A stretch of 41,705 nt of DNA from Zygnema circumcarinatum SAG 698-1b (taxonomy: Eukaryota > Plantae > Zygnematophyceae), in the NCBI GenBank assembly GCA_037447605.1, contig JBBHKD010000016.1, forward strand, positions 1-41,705, read 5' to 3'. Under the pieces are notes generated by a model that was given only the letters and a program-made list of their open reading frames with translations, ran no database searches and was not told the DNA's origin. Below, piece after piece: positions 11,877 to 24,300 of the stretch (position 1 is the first letter of the stretch; the number at the start of each line of letters is the position of its first letter). A program made the translations under genes and the position numbers.

Positions 11877-12699
11877 ACTCATCGCCCATAACTCTTAGAA
11901 TGAACACCAGAGACAAGCACAGCGGAAATCAATCGAGAGAAGTGTAGGAGAAAGCTCACGGCTCTAAAACTCCTTAATAAATGTCTTCCCACATGAAAGT
12001 TCACTTCCCACCTTATGAACCTATCCTCTCTTACTCACTACCTCACAACACGAGCAAGGCAGCCTAGCAACACGAGCTGGCACAGAATAAGAGACAGACT
12101 AGATTACCTACCAAACACACAACACACACTATATACTATATGGCGCTGTGACGTGACACATATGTCACGTCACGGCCGCCATATTGCCCTTTGCATTCCC
12201 GCAGCCGGGCGACTCGGGACACACTCCACGGTAGTGGTCTTCAGAACCTGCCAACGCATACACCGCACCTATTTTCGTCCCATCCGTACAGTGTCAGCTG
12301 CTCGCCGGTACTTTAACATTTTCCTCGTCAGCCACGCCGCATGCCTTCAAACCAACGGGCTCCACTCGCTAGTGGCCCACGTGGCATCAAGGCCCATCGC
12401 CGACATCTTCCGCCGCTGGCCACCGACGCCAAGACTCGCTGTCCTCGCGTCTCAGCCGTCCAATCATCTTCGCCGTCCGCATTCACGCTACTTTGCGCCA
12501 AATACAGCACAATAGCTCCGCCTCCAAGTTAGCGCCAGCAATCAATCGCGCCGCCTTCACCTTCGCTACACGCCAAGACCTCCTCAACTTAAGTTGCTGA
12601 CGTCATTGCGACTCATACTAGGTAGTTTTCACGACTGAGTACCATAACCAAGTTAGTGTGTACTATGTAATGCTTAACTATAATACACTAACACTAACA
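11877..12699 (-). repeat. 3' LTR of Copia E', inner part
   Basis: Paralogous to the E LTR. Ends CTAACA and is followed by the PPT complement ATCCCCCTCTTGG (12700-12712). Confidence 0.85.
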
Positions 12700-12715
12700 A
12701 TCCCCCTCTTGGGAC

Positions 12716-13096
12716 TCAGTCTCTCATGGGCCCCAGCCCAATAAGCCTGCTATTCACTAGTATGGTCTCCCCGCTTACACCTTTCGTCAACATATCTGCA
12801 GCCTGCTCTTTTGTTCCAACGAACTTCACAACGATCATCCCTTCCTCCACCAACTCTCGCACATAGTGATACTGCACTCTGATGTGCTTGGTCCTCTTGT
12901 GGAACACTGGATTTTCCACCAAGGCAATGGACGACTGATTGTCCGTGAACAGAGTCACGGGCAGTTGCGGCCTCTTACACTCCTCAAAGAAATGTTGAAA
13001 CCACACTCCCTCCTTTGCTGCATGGCAAGCCCCCATGTACTCGCCCTCGGTGCTTGACAACGCCACCACCTTGGAAGTTGGCTCACGCAGATGGCC
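12716..13096 (-). pseudogene. pol: Copia E' RNase H, C-terminal part
   Basis: VALSSTEGEYMG...FTDNQSSIALVENPVFHKRTKHIRVQYHYVRE...EQAADMLTKG. Confidence 0.93.
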
Positions 13097-14165
13097 TGCA
13101 GGCCGTAACGCCAAGGCCAAGGACTGAGGCAAGGCTAGTGATACTATGGTTACCTTTTCACCTCGCCATTTGTGCGTGATAAAGCTAAGACGCCGCTGGT
13201 GACCACAAGAGGTCTTGGGTTTCGACCAGCGCGCAAGGGATCTTTTGGGATCGCACTGCCGCCCGGTGACAGATGGTACGGCCGCATCGACATACGTGGA
13301 TCCCGCGCTGTAGATCTGCCGCCACGACGCCGCGCTGGCCGCAGACGATGGCGCTAATTCGCGAAGATGCGGCAAGATTTTAGTAGTACCGTCCGCATCG
13401 CATTTGACGTTTCCAATGTGTCTCTACTGCTGATTTTATTGCGGCGCCAAGATTTACGGCGCTGTCAGCGACGCTTAGCGGGCGGTATTCATCGGCTTGT
13501 CCCCAAATGATAACTCCTGCCTAAGGATCTTCACACGCAAGGGCTCGACAAGGCCCCGCCTCCCGGCCCTCCATGCCGGTAGGGGTTCAACGGGGAGCTT
13601 AAGGGGGTTGCGCCCGGATGGGAGACCATCGGAGCTCTTTGTACCAGCATTGAGCCTCACGCCTCCTTGACTCTCTCTCCTTCGACACTTAGATTCGAGC
13701 ACCACGGGGCAAAGTTGTTACATCAGACGAGCCGCTAGGATCGCTGGTTTTTCTTTTAAAGGGGCTAGCAAGCTCATAGGCGATGCCGCAGGGCGCCGCC
13801 GGGCAATGGCGCTACGTTATCTACCTCCTCTCCCCGACGTGAGGAGGTGATATGGATAGGCGTAAATCCGGGCGCTACGCCGTAATTTACGGAGCCGCCT
13901 CGCCTGCCCCACCTCCGGCCTCCCCTTCTTCTTTACGGCCGGAATCTTAGCGCCAGCCGCCGCTAGGAGCGCTGATACGATCCGCGATGTATGCAAATGC
14001 TTCCACTCGAGGCGCCCCGATGAGGTTTGAAGGCCGCCTCATGCAGTAGCACCCTGACAATTCCCTGCCAAGATGGGGTGCTCATCCCCGCGGATCGGGA
14101 TGAAGTCCTCCGACGTAGCGGAGGCCACGGATGTGTTTTCCTCGCTATTGAGGAGGCGCCGTCAG

Positions 14166-15397
14166 ATGGCGAGCCAGCAGTGACGCTGCCCGCCACGGGG
14201 CGCCTCTGAAGATCTTTTGAGCAGGCCGGTAGAACCGTGGGACCCTCCCCTCCAAACCCATCGGTAAGCTTTCCATAACCTCCTCCCAGTTCAAGTGATA
14301 CAAGAGAGGCGGCAGCCCTGGGGTAGCGGGTGATAGAGGAGCCGCAGCTCGTAGGTGGACAAGTATTCTCGTTGTCCCACGCTGCCTCTGCGCTGACGGG
14401 TCCACGGGCGCCTCAGCCCCCGGGGTTGGGGCTCCGCTTCGGCGCCACGCTTCCCTTCAAGAGCGCCCGCCGCCTTTTAGCGAGAGGCGGACCGCCAGCA
14501 AAGAATTCACCTTCGCCGGCAAGCCGCTGGCGACGGGCTAATCTACAATGGTGGACTCCGCCTCGCCAGGCGTGGATCCTTCCCCTGGTGAAATCGGGCG
14601 GAAAGTATGCCCCCCATCTCCTTGGCGGGAAAGATTCCACTCCAATTCATTGCCTAATCATCATTGGTCAGTGTGTGCGCTGGCATCAGGAAAAGCTACC
14701 CAATGCCCTCCCGATCAATGGGTGAACTTTGCTTCACCCGCTTTGAGGGGCGTGGCATGGAGTGTCTATGCCGGCCGCAAGGCTTTAATCGGAAAAGACT
14801 TTGAGAAGTTTGAGTCGGAACTTCTCAAACATTTTGGCATCCTCGATCCCGGTTGCATCGACGTTCCGCCGCCATGCATCGGAAGCGTGGCTGAATTCCT
14901 CGGAATCATGTATGCGTTTGGGCTTCATCACTAAGTTCCCACCTCGACCCGAAGAATTCTTCTTCCGGTTCAGTCACGGCTTGAAGCCGTACGTTCGGAA
15001 GCAGCTTCGGCTGAATCCTCGTACCTTGGAACCTTGGGGACCTATGGATGATGAGCAGATGTTTGCAGCTGCGGTTCAAACTGACGCTGGGTCTACAGAT
15101 GGTGCAGGGCCTTCCCGTCCCCCGCGGGCGGACACGGTCGAACAGCCGCGCAAAACTGGTGCGCTAGGCGGCCGACCTAAGGGGAATGGCAAGAGGAAAT
15201 TTGCTTCCTCTCACCAGCAGCAGCACCAACGGCCACAGCCGCAAAAACTTGCTCCACAGGAGATGGAGGCTTTGCGCGCGGAAAACAAGTGTTTCCGTTG
15301 CAGGAAAGTGGGGCATAAGTCTTATGACTGCCCCTCTTTCAAGAAGGACAGAAAGGGGAAGGGGCCGGCGGAAAACGGCTCCCCACCAGCAGTTTAG
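14166..15397 (+). pseudogene. gag: Chromovirus F Gag (frameshifted, possibly by sequence errors)
   Basis: QWVNFASPALRG..., FRFSHGLKPYVRKQLRLNP, CCHC knuckle CFRCRKVGHKSYDC, stop TAG at 15395-15397. Confidence 0.85.
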
Positions 15398-15414
15398 GAG
15401 TCTCTGCTGGTGGG
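15370..15414 (+). promoter_or_regulatory. Candidate -1 ribosomal frameshift signal (G_GAA_AAC plus 11-bp hairpin)
   Basis: Heptamer in gag phase, 5-nt spacer, stem CCCACCAGCAG/CTGCTGGTGGG. The pol frame is -1 and open from 15328. The same heptamer occurs in D. Confidence 0.7.
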
Positions 15415-18400
15415 CTTGACAGTAGGGGGGGCAGCGCATTAGCTGCCATCACTAGTGTAGAATGTTGTATTCCAAGGGCGGATGACATTCTTAATGTGAT
15501 TGGGGGAGTTTTCAGCGGGAATCTGTTGTTTGTGTGCGATGCATTCCCTGCTGATTATTCATTGCCACCTGCTATGCTTGTGACTCCAACAGCATTTCCG
15601 AATGCTGTCTTGATGAATGAATGGCATGTCATTATCTTGAATGCCATGGGCAGTGATGCCTTAGTGCAATGTGCATTCGATGCCTTGCGCTTGCTGCGGT
15701 CGAAAGACCATGTACTCAGTCTGCGAGTCCTGCTCCCACAACACGTGGCAGTGAGGGCTTATCCACAGACTGAGTGGAAAGTGGTAAAGCTTTGGAGGAA
15801 GGGCTTCTCCCTTCTTAGGTGGGTGCCTGGAGCTTCCACCAGTGCGCTGGTGAAATCTCCTCATTCCCTTGTGTGGCGGTTAGCGCGCCCCCACGCACTC
15901 TAATGTGCTACGTCCATTTTCACTTGGCTCATCGCGGCATGCATCTTCCGCAGTTCGGCCGGCGGGACACTCGCCAGCGGGTTTTGCCGATGACGCTTAA
16001 CTTCGAAGCAATAAGAGTTTTGTCGATCAAGTAGGTTTGCAGCCCACCATTCCGGGATAGGGGTGTGTCTCGGGGATGGACGCGATCGCCAAATTTCTCG
16101 GGTACACAAGTAGTTAAAGATTCGCTTTACCGGTTGTCAATCGCTTGTTGACTTCAGAAAGCAGCCCCAGAACGTGACTTTATCTTGGGGAGCAAATGGC
16201 TGACGCATATGGGTGCCCAGCTGGATTTTGTTGTCCCTAATTGCGTCCTCCGCAGTGAAGGTAGACGCATAACGCTGCAACCAGGAAGTCCTTCGGGACC
16301 AACCTCCTCGCAGTCGTCTTTGTCGTTCCTGTGCTCGGCTATGCAAATAGGCAAGGCACTGAAAACGAATAGCATCTTGTTTATGGTGCACGTCATGACA
16401 GCAACGGAGGATGCTCATGACGAGGATCAGGAGTGGCAACCCACTGCGGGTGAGGCCATGCCCACTGTTCCAGCTATGTTTCAACCTTTGTTGAAGGCGT
16501 TTGAGGATGTGTTCCCAGACGATCTGCCAAGGGGTTTGCCTCCAGCCCGCGGGGTAGGACATACCATACCCCTTGAGCCAGAACAGAAACCTCCTTGGAG
16601 GCCTATCTATAGGCTCAGTCCAAAGGAGACTGAGGAGATGCGAAAGCAGCTCGCCAATCTGCGTGATAAGGGCTGGATTGAACCCAGCCAGAGCCCCTTT
16701 GGGGCCCCTATCCTTTTCGTTGGAAAGAAGGATGGGTCTTTGCGAATGTGCATCGATTATCGAGCACTCAATAAGATCACGGTAAAGAACAGGTTTGCTT
16801 TACCGCGCATAGATGATCTTCTGGACCGTCTGCAAGGGGCGAAGGTGTTCACCTCGCTCGACCTTGCGCAGGGGTACCATCAAATCCGTGTCACGGATGC
16901 TGATGTTCCTAAGACGGCATTTCGGACGCCAATCGGTCATTTCCAATATAAGGTGCTACCTTTTGGACTGACCAACGCTCCGGCGACATTCCAAGCTGTG
17001 ATGAACGAGATGTTCGTCGGCATGGATGAGTTTGTCTTGGTCTACCTAGATGATATCCTGGTATTCAGCAAGCAAACGCTGAGCACCTCGTGCATGTGCG
17101 CAAGGTGTTCAAGGTGCTGCGAAGACACACGTTTTATGCCAAGCGGAAGAAGTGTAACTTCATGCAACGGGAGTTGTTGTATCTTGGGCATATCTTGAAT
17201 GATCAGGGCTTGAAGCCCGATCCAGCCAAGGTGTCTGCTGTTAAGACATGGGCAGTACCGACTGATCTTCATCAGTTGCGATCTTTTCTTGGATTTGCAA
17301 ATTATTTTCGTAAATTTATCCAAGGCTTTAGTAAGTTGGTAACTCCGCTTACCAATTTGACACGTTCCGGTGTCGCTTATGCATGGACACCAGAGTGCCA
17401 GACGGCCTTTGATGGTGTTAGACATGCGCTTGTGACAGCACCTACGTTGAGGTTGGCTGATCCCACGTTACCATATGAGGTGGTATGTGACGCCTCTGGG
17501 TTCGCTTTGGGTGCGGTCTTGTTCCAAGATCTACCAACCACTCTGGCGCATGAAATGCAAGATGAACCCAGCCGAGCTTAAAACTACTTCCACGTGAGCT
17601 CTTGGCCGCTGTTCACGCTCGGTGACATGGCGTTGCTATCGAGGGGCGTGGCAAACCACGCTGGTCACCGACCACCGGCCCACCACGCCTTCCACCTCCG
17701 CCAGACTTTTCGAGGCGGCAGCGCTACTGTCTGAGTTCCTCCTTAACGGTTCGACCGTTAGTGGGTATACAGTTCGAGGCTGAATGTAGCTTTAATTCCA
17801 CTTGGGCCAGCAACCCATCTATCTAGCCTGATGATGCGCCACGACTCGAAAGTGTTGGTGGTAATGGTGTGTGGACGAAGGTCGTACAACAGCGCTTACA
17901 TCTCCCAAGATGTTTTGTCATAAACCCTCCACCGACGAGTCAACCCTCCTCAGCTTCTCCATTTCGCATGCATGATTCGTGAGGGGTACACTGCGATCCT
18001 TTTTGTTCCCCGGACGGCCAAGGCAATGGCTATAAGGACAAGCTCGTGCTCAGGGACGGTTTTTGGTACCACGATAAGCAGTTAGTCGTACCCAAGGCTG
18101 GATCTGTACGGCAGCTCATACTGAGTGAGATGCACGATCCTCCGTACAGAGGCCATATGGGAGTTGCCAAAACCCGTGAAGCACTGCTCCGGGAATTCTG
18201 GTGGCCCGGAATTACAGCGGACGTGGAGGCATATGTACTCGCATGCCCAACTTGTCAACGGGATAAGCCTCGCACCGGACCGGTGCCTGGCTTGCTCCAG
18301 CCCCTCGCCCCTCCTTACAGGAAGTGGGAAAGTGTGGGTATGGACCTGATCACAGACCTGCCTGTGACCGCTCGGGGTTTTGACTCCATCCTCGTGTTTG

Positions 18401-19266
18401 TCGACCGCCTGAGCAAGATGGTGCATTTTGCAGCCACTGCTAAGACAGCGGGAGCCGACGAGATAGCACGGCTATATGTTGACAAGGTCTGGAGTCAACA
18501 TGGACTTCAATCTGAGATCATCTCAGATCGTGATACCCGATTCACCGGCCATTTCTGGAAAGAAATCCTCCGGATTATCGGGACTAAGCAGGCTATGAGT
18601 ACAGCCTTCCACCCTCAGACAGATGGCCAAACTGAGCGGGTGAACCGGATTCTGGAAGACTATTTGAGGCATTATGTGGGACCCATCCCGGATGGATGGG
18701 ATGAACTGCTCCCGGTGGCTGAGTATGCCATTAACAATGCATTCCAGAATCAATCGTACCACTCTTTCTTCTTGAACTTGCCAAGATCTCTAAATCTCTC
18801 ATGTTTCCAAGAGATCGCTATGCTGTGATGTGTGAATGGATGTTCACAGCTCCCAGATCCTGGGGCATGAGGAGCCGGGCGGAGTCAACCTCCCCGCCAT
18901 AGTGCTTTCACTGAAATGTCCGAGGCGTTACAGAGGGCCAGGCAGACCCTGTTAGCAGCCCAGTCGCGGCAGAAAGCCTATGCTGATCGTCGTCGTGCTG
19001 CATTAACCTTCGCTGAGGGCGATCAGGTACTGCTGAGCACGTCGAACTTGCGCGTGAAGGCTTACGGCGGAACCCGTAAGTTGTGGCCTCGCTTCATGGG
19101 ACCTTTTTCGGTCGTGAAGCGAATCGGTGAAGTCGCTTACCGGTTGGCGTTACCGGCCCATATGAAGGTGCATCCGGTCTTTCATGTGGGTCTCCTTAAG
19201 GCATACCGCAGCGATGGGAGAGTCCAACCACCTCCCCCTCCAGTGGAAGTTGAAGGTGATCTCGAG

Positions 19267-19425
19267 TATGAGGTTGAAGCCATTCAGACACACAGGACAG
19301 TGAGTAGAGGTCAGACTTCCCGCCACGAATATCTCGTGAAATGGTTGGGCTATGGGGTTGGACATAGCACGTGGGAACGTGAAAGCAATCTGACAAATTG
19401 CAAGGAGCTCTTGAGATTGTACTGG
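19267..19425 (+). other. Chromodomain at the integrase C-terminus
   Basis: YEVEAIQTHR...EYLVKWLGYGVGHSTWERESNLTNCKELLRLYW. Confidence 0.93.
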
Positions 19426-19618
19426 GAGGCGCAAACCGCTGGTGAGCGGGCGAGGGCGGCTAGGGGGGTTCCCGAACCGTCCACGCGCTACTCGGAAAGG
19501 GACTTGACCGGGATTAACGCTGAGCCCTCCCGTACACCCCGCAGACAAAGGCGAGTGCCTCTTAAACTGCGGGCTGCCAAGGTTACTTTTCCCCAGTGAA
19601 CAAGGGCGTTCACACCTC

Positions 19619-19630
19619 GAGGGGGAGTAA
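19619..19630 (+). promoter_or_regulatory. Polypurine tract of F
   Basis: GAGGGGGAGTAA directly before the 3' LTR TGTAGC. Confidence 0.85.
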
Positions 19631-20274
19631 TGTAGCGTAACGCTACAGGCCAAGGACTGAGTAAGGCGCATACATAGTGATACTATGGTTACCTTCACCG
19701 CTTCAGCGATAGTTAAGACGCGTCGGTGACCACAAGAGGTCTTGCTCGATCTTGCCGCTGGGCAAGGGATCTCTTTGGATCGTACCGCCGTCCGCACAGA
19801 TGGTACGTGCCGCACTGACATACGGATCCCGCTGCCGAGATTCGCCGCTACGCCAAGACGTCGGCCAAGAAAACGGCGCGACCGCAAGATGCGCGGTTTG
19901 GGGTACCGGCCCGTATCGTGACGGGACGTTTCCAATGTGTCTCGACTTCGGCCAGATTCTAGTCAGGCGCTGCTGCGATTTACGCGCTGCCGCGACGCGC
20001 CCCGCGGAGATGCGGGCGACCATCGGCTTGTCCTAGCCAATAACTCGGCTAAGGATCTCCGCCACGCGGCGGGCTCTGATTGGGCAGTCCCGCTCCCGGT
20101 CCTCCATGCTGGTAGGGGGTTCAACGGGGGGAGCTTAAGGGGGCTGCGCCCGGATGGGAGACCATCGGAGCTCTTTGTACCAGCATTGAGCTCACGCTCC
20201 TCTGACTCTCTCTCCTTGTCTCTCTTTGACACTTAGACTTTCGGAGCAGCCTGCCGGGGGGGCAGGTTGTTACA
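19631..20274 (+). repeat. 3' LTR of chromovirus F
   Basis: TGTAGCG...GTTGTTACA; repeats 13097-13722 and 21370-22010. Confidence 0.9.
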
Positions 20275-21369
20275 CTCCGCCTTCATTCAGGAATACAAAT
20301 CCTGAAGTCGATCTTGACGTGTCCACGTCACCACCCCAATCTGAATCGGTGTAACCAATCACCCGATTCGGCCCCCTCTCGTATCTGAGGCCGTACTCCA
20401 AGGTTCCCCGGACATACCTGAAGATTCTCTTCACGGCATCCCAATGTTCGGGTCCTGGATTCTCCATGAACCGACTTGCGGAGCTCACGGCTTTGGCCAA
20501 GTCCAAATAAGCACCTATCATCAAGCATATGAGACTCCGGACAGCAGATTCAGACGGCACCGTGACATCCGCTGTACCTCCACATCCGCTATGTGGGCGC
20601 ACATGTTCTTCGAAGTCGCTACTCGATCTCCATCATCGGGCTGGTGCACGGCCCCAATCCTCCATGTGAAATCTCGCAAGTACATCCATCGCCACTACTT
20701 CTCGACTCAGAAGAGGCTGTCAGCCCTGCCTCCCCTCTTCAGCTGAATCTCCACGTGACACCGCGCTCTAGATCCATATCTTGAAGTTAGCTTGCAAGAG
20801 CTACTTCAAATCATTGATTCTTCCAACGAGACTCACCATAATGAGGTCGCCAACGTAGATCCCAACGCATATGAGATCCTCTTCCGTCGCACTTAATGAT
20901 CCGCCTCAAATCAAGAAATCCGCTCTCCCGGTAGAAGATCATCTATCTTCGTACGACCCCGGCTACCGCTTCGCCCTGCATGTGCTCTTCACTAGACCCA
21001 CAAACGATGTTTGACCGAGCCACCTTTCCTTCGGGCTGCTCCATGTAGATCTCCTCGGTGAGATCTCCGTACAAAAACGCGGTCTTGATGTCCAACTGAT
21101 GGACATGCATCCCCTCCGCTGCTGCAATCGAGATCAAGGCTCTAAGGGAGTTGAACTTCACCACTGGGGCGAATGTCTCCGTATAGTCAACTCCGTACTT
21201 CTGGCTGAAGCCCTTTGCCACCAGCCGCGCCTTGTAGCGGTCGACGCTCCCGTCCGCCTTTCGCTTCACCTTGAACACCCACTTGCATCCAATGGCTCTC
21301 CTTCCTTTCGGCAGCTTCTCTAGTCGCCACGTGCCATTCTCGATCAGACTATCCCATTTGCTGTCTATC
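20275..21369 (-). pseudogene. pol: Copia E' reverse transcriptase and start of RNase H, truncated by G
   Basis: SLIENGTW...IGCKWVFKVK...KARLVAKGFSQ...QLDIKTAFLYG; SRFMENPGPEHWDAVKRIFRY...GYTDSDWGGD. Confidence 0.92.
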
Positions 21370-24300
21370 TGTAGCGTAACGCTACAACGTGACCCTGGAG
21401 GCGTACTCATAGTGATACTATGACTATCCCTTCATCTCAGCGCCTAGCGGATAGGTTAGGACGCTGCCAAGACCGCAAGAGGTCTTGGGTCATCCTTGCC
21501 GCGGCGTGGGATCTTTGGATTACCGCCGTCCGTATCGGGTACGGACGCACTGACATATGGATCCCGCGCCAGAGATTTGTCGCGGCGCCGCCAAGATGCC
21601 GAGCGGCGTTGCCGCCGGGCGCTACATTCGCGAAAGATGCGGGCGGGTATCTTTTGATGCGCACCGCCTGCATCGTATCGACGCAGCCGGGACAAAGCCC
21701 CTGACTTCGTGACTTAGCCGTATGCCGCCGACGACGGCAAGTGCTGCTGCCACGACGCTGCCCCCGTGAGATGCCATGAGATCATTTGCTATACCATAAC
21801 TCGGCTAAGGATCTTCGCCACGCCGCTGGCTCGATAAGGCCCCGCCCCCGCCCTCCATGCCGGGTAGGTCTAACGGGAGCTTAAGGGGCTGCGCCCAGAT
21901 GGGAGACCATCCGAGCACTTCAGGCTTAAAAGCATTGAGCCTACGCCCTCTCTCTCTCTCTCTCTCCCTATTCCTTTGACGCTTTTATCGCGAAGGCCAG
22001 CGTTGTTACATCGCACGTATCGCATCGCCCATTTTCTTTTCGGGGTAGGCCGCCACCAAGCAGCGTATTTAGGGCGCCGTCAAACAGATGGCGCCGCCGC
22101 CACCTACCCCTTCCGCATTCTGGGAGGAGGACGTGGACATGGGCGCGAACCGTGGCTGACTCACGAATTTACGACACGGTCCCGAGCCGCCTTCTTCGCC
22201 ATTTGGAATGATTCTGTTTACTCAGCTCGTCACGGGAGGATAGCTGCTGGGCCAGTACCAAGATAGAGGCTGCAAATAGGCTTCCACCAGAGGGGCGACC
22301 CACAGAGGTCGAGGCTGGGCTGCCCCCTGCTGGTGAGACCCTGGACACCCCTGCTGAGTATGAAGTCTGCATCCTCGTGATTTGATGAAATCCTCCGCCG
22401 AAGGGAGGCCGGCCACGATAAGAACAGGAGGGCGCCGCTCGGATGGCGAGCCAAGAAGACGCTGCCTGGAAGAACGTTGGCGCCTCCTGGCCAGATCTTC
22501 GAAAGGTGGTCTGCTATAACCGAAGGGACCCTCCCTCCAACTACTCTGTAAGCCTAATCGCCTCCTCCCGCCAATCTTAGCCGACAGAGAGGCAGCCTCC
22601 CAGTGAGAATAGAGAGTCACGCTCGTAGATGAATTGTGTACCTCCTTCGTCCTGGCTGTATCCGCAAGAGACGTAACTAGAGTTCCCAAATTAGGTTGAA
22701 ACACGTGGCGCCGGGCCGCTTCCTTCTACGGAGCAAAATTTCTACCGCTCCTTTTTGAAGGAGGTGGTTGACCGCCAGCAAAGAATCCACCTTCGGCCGG
22801 TAAGCCGTTATGGATTCGGCTTACTCTATCAGTCCGCTCGCCAGGACTTCTCCCCCAGAATGCAATAAGGTTCCTCCGACTCTTATTGGGATCCACAAGA
22901 TGCCGACCGGCCTAATCATCATTGATGGACAAAGTGTTGGTACTCAGGAAGCACCCAATGCTCCTCGAAGGGACAATGGTGAACTTTGCTTCACCCGCTT
23001 GAAAAGTGTATGCTGCCTATGTCACCGCAGTGCGCTAATTTATTAGAAGACTTTGAGAAGTTCGAGTCTTAACTTCTCAAACACTTTGGTATCCTCGATC
23101 CCGTTTGATGGATGTGTTCCAAATGCCTGGCGCGCATCGAAGCGTACGCAATTCCTACCGGAATTGCGGCGTTTGGGCTTCACTACTGCTTCCACTGACC
23201 GCAAGAATTTTCCTGCTCAGCTGCTGATTGAATGCGACGCTCGAAACAACCGCTAAATCCTCGCATCTTTGGAACCTTGGGGACCTATGGACGATGAGTC
23301 ATGTTTGGTACCGGGCAGCCCAAACTAACGTCAAGGCCTACAAATGGTGCAGTGGCCTTTCCCGGCCCCCGGCAGTGACATAAGGACCAACCTCATGCAG
23401 ATCGCGGCCGAAAGGTCAGTCTAAAGTGGGGAATCCGCGAAGTAGGAAGGCAACTTCCTTCACCCTCGAAGCATAGCTTCAACGCCTCCAACGCCTAAAC
23501 CGCTCCACAGAGATGGATGCTTTGAAAGCCGGAGAACAAGTGTTCGGGCCAAGCAGTAGGGCATATGTCTACGCATCGCCTATATCTTTCAAGAAAGATA
23601 AAGGGAAAAGGGTCAAGGATCCGCCCCACCCGCAGCTAGGGAGTCCCCGCCTGGGATAGATAAGGAAAGTGCCGCTTAGTCGCTATCACTGGTGAAGAAA
23701 TGTATTCCCAGGAAGGATGAGCCCTAAAAGTGATTGGGGGTTTTCGCTGGGAACATGTTACCAGGTGCATCACAGTCTAATCGATTATTCATTGCTACCT
23801 TCTATGATTGTGGACTCCAAATGTATTTCTAATGCCGCCTTTGATGTGTGAATGGGTATGTAATTATCTTGAATGCCAATGGGCGCTGATGCCTTAGTGC
23901 CGCGGCATTTGATGCTCATGCCATCAGCGGGTCGGGATCTCATGTGTGCTCGCCCGGCGAGTCCTGCCCTACAACATGTGGCGCTTAGGGCTTGCTGCAT
24001 CATCGAAAGTGGTAAAGCTATGGAAAAAGGGCTTCTCCCTTCTTAGGTGGATGTCTGGAGCTCCCACCCATGTGCTGGTGAAATCTCCACATTCCCTTGT
24101 GTGGCGGACCGCGCGCCCCCACGCACCAAATGTGCTACGGTCCATTTTCCACTTGGCTCATCGTGCAATGACCTTTCAAGGTTCACCGATGGGCACCGAA
24201 AGCGTCATTCCGGCCGACACCGGCGCTGACGCCAACTTTGTTAGCGCTAGCCTTGTGGAGAATCGTGGTGGTTTACAACAAAATTCATAGTGTAATCCTT

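Larger units (their letters stand above)
15328..19599 (+). pseudogene. pol: Chromovirus F Pol: extra N-terminal domain, PR, RT, RNase H, integrase, chromodomain (several frameshifts)
   Basis: [24 protein letters not shown]...[13 protein letters not shown]...YLDD; RH YEVVCDASGFALGAVL; IN HDPPYRGHMG...CPTCQ...GMDLI...ISDRD...QTDGQTER. Confidence 0.92.
13097..20274 (+). mobile_element. Full-length Ty3/Gypsy chromovirus F inserted in E' RNase H
   Basis: LTRs at 13097-13722 and 19631-20274 (end GTTGTTACA), PPT, and gag-PR-RT-RH-IN-chromodomain order. The E' frame (GFVFL..GG | AI.W...VVALSST) rejoins across it. The left TSD is unreadable. Confidence 0.92.

Noticed and set aside
12716-13375. RNase H with a novel N-terminal extension
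   Set aside because: The extension is read-through from the antisense F LTR.
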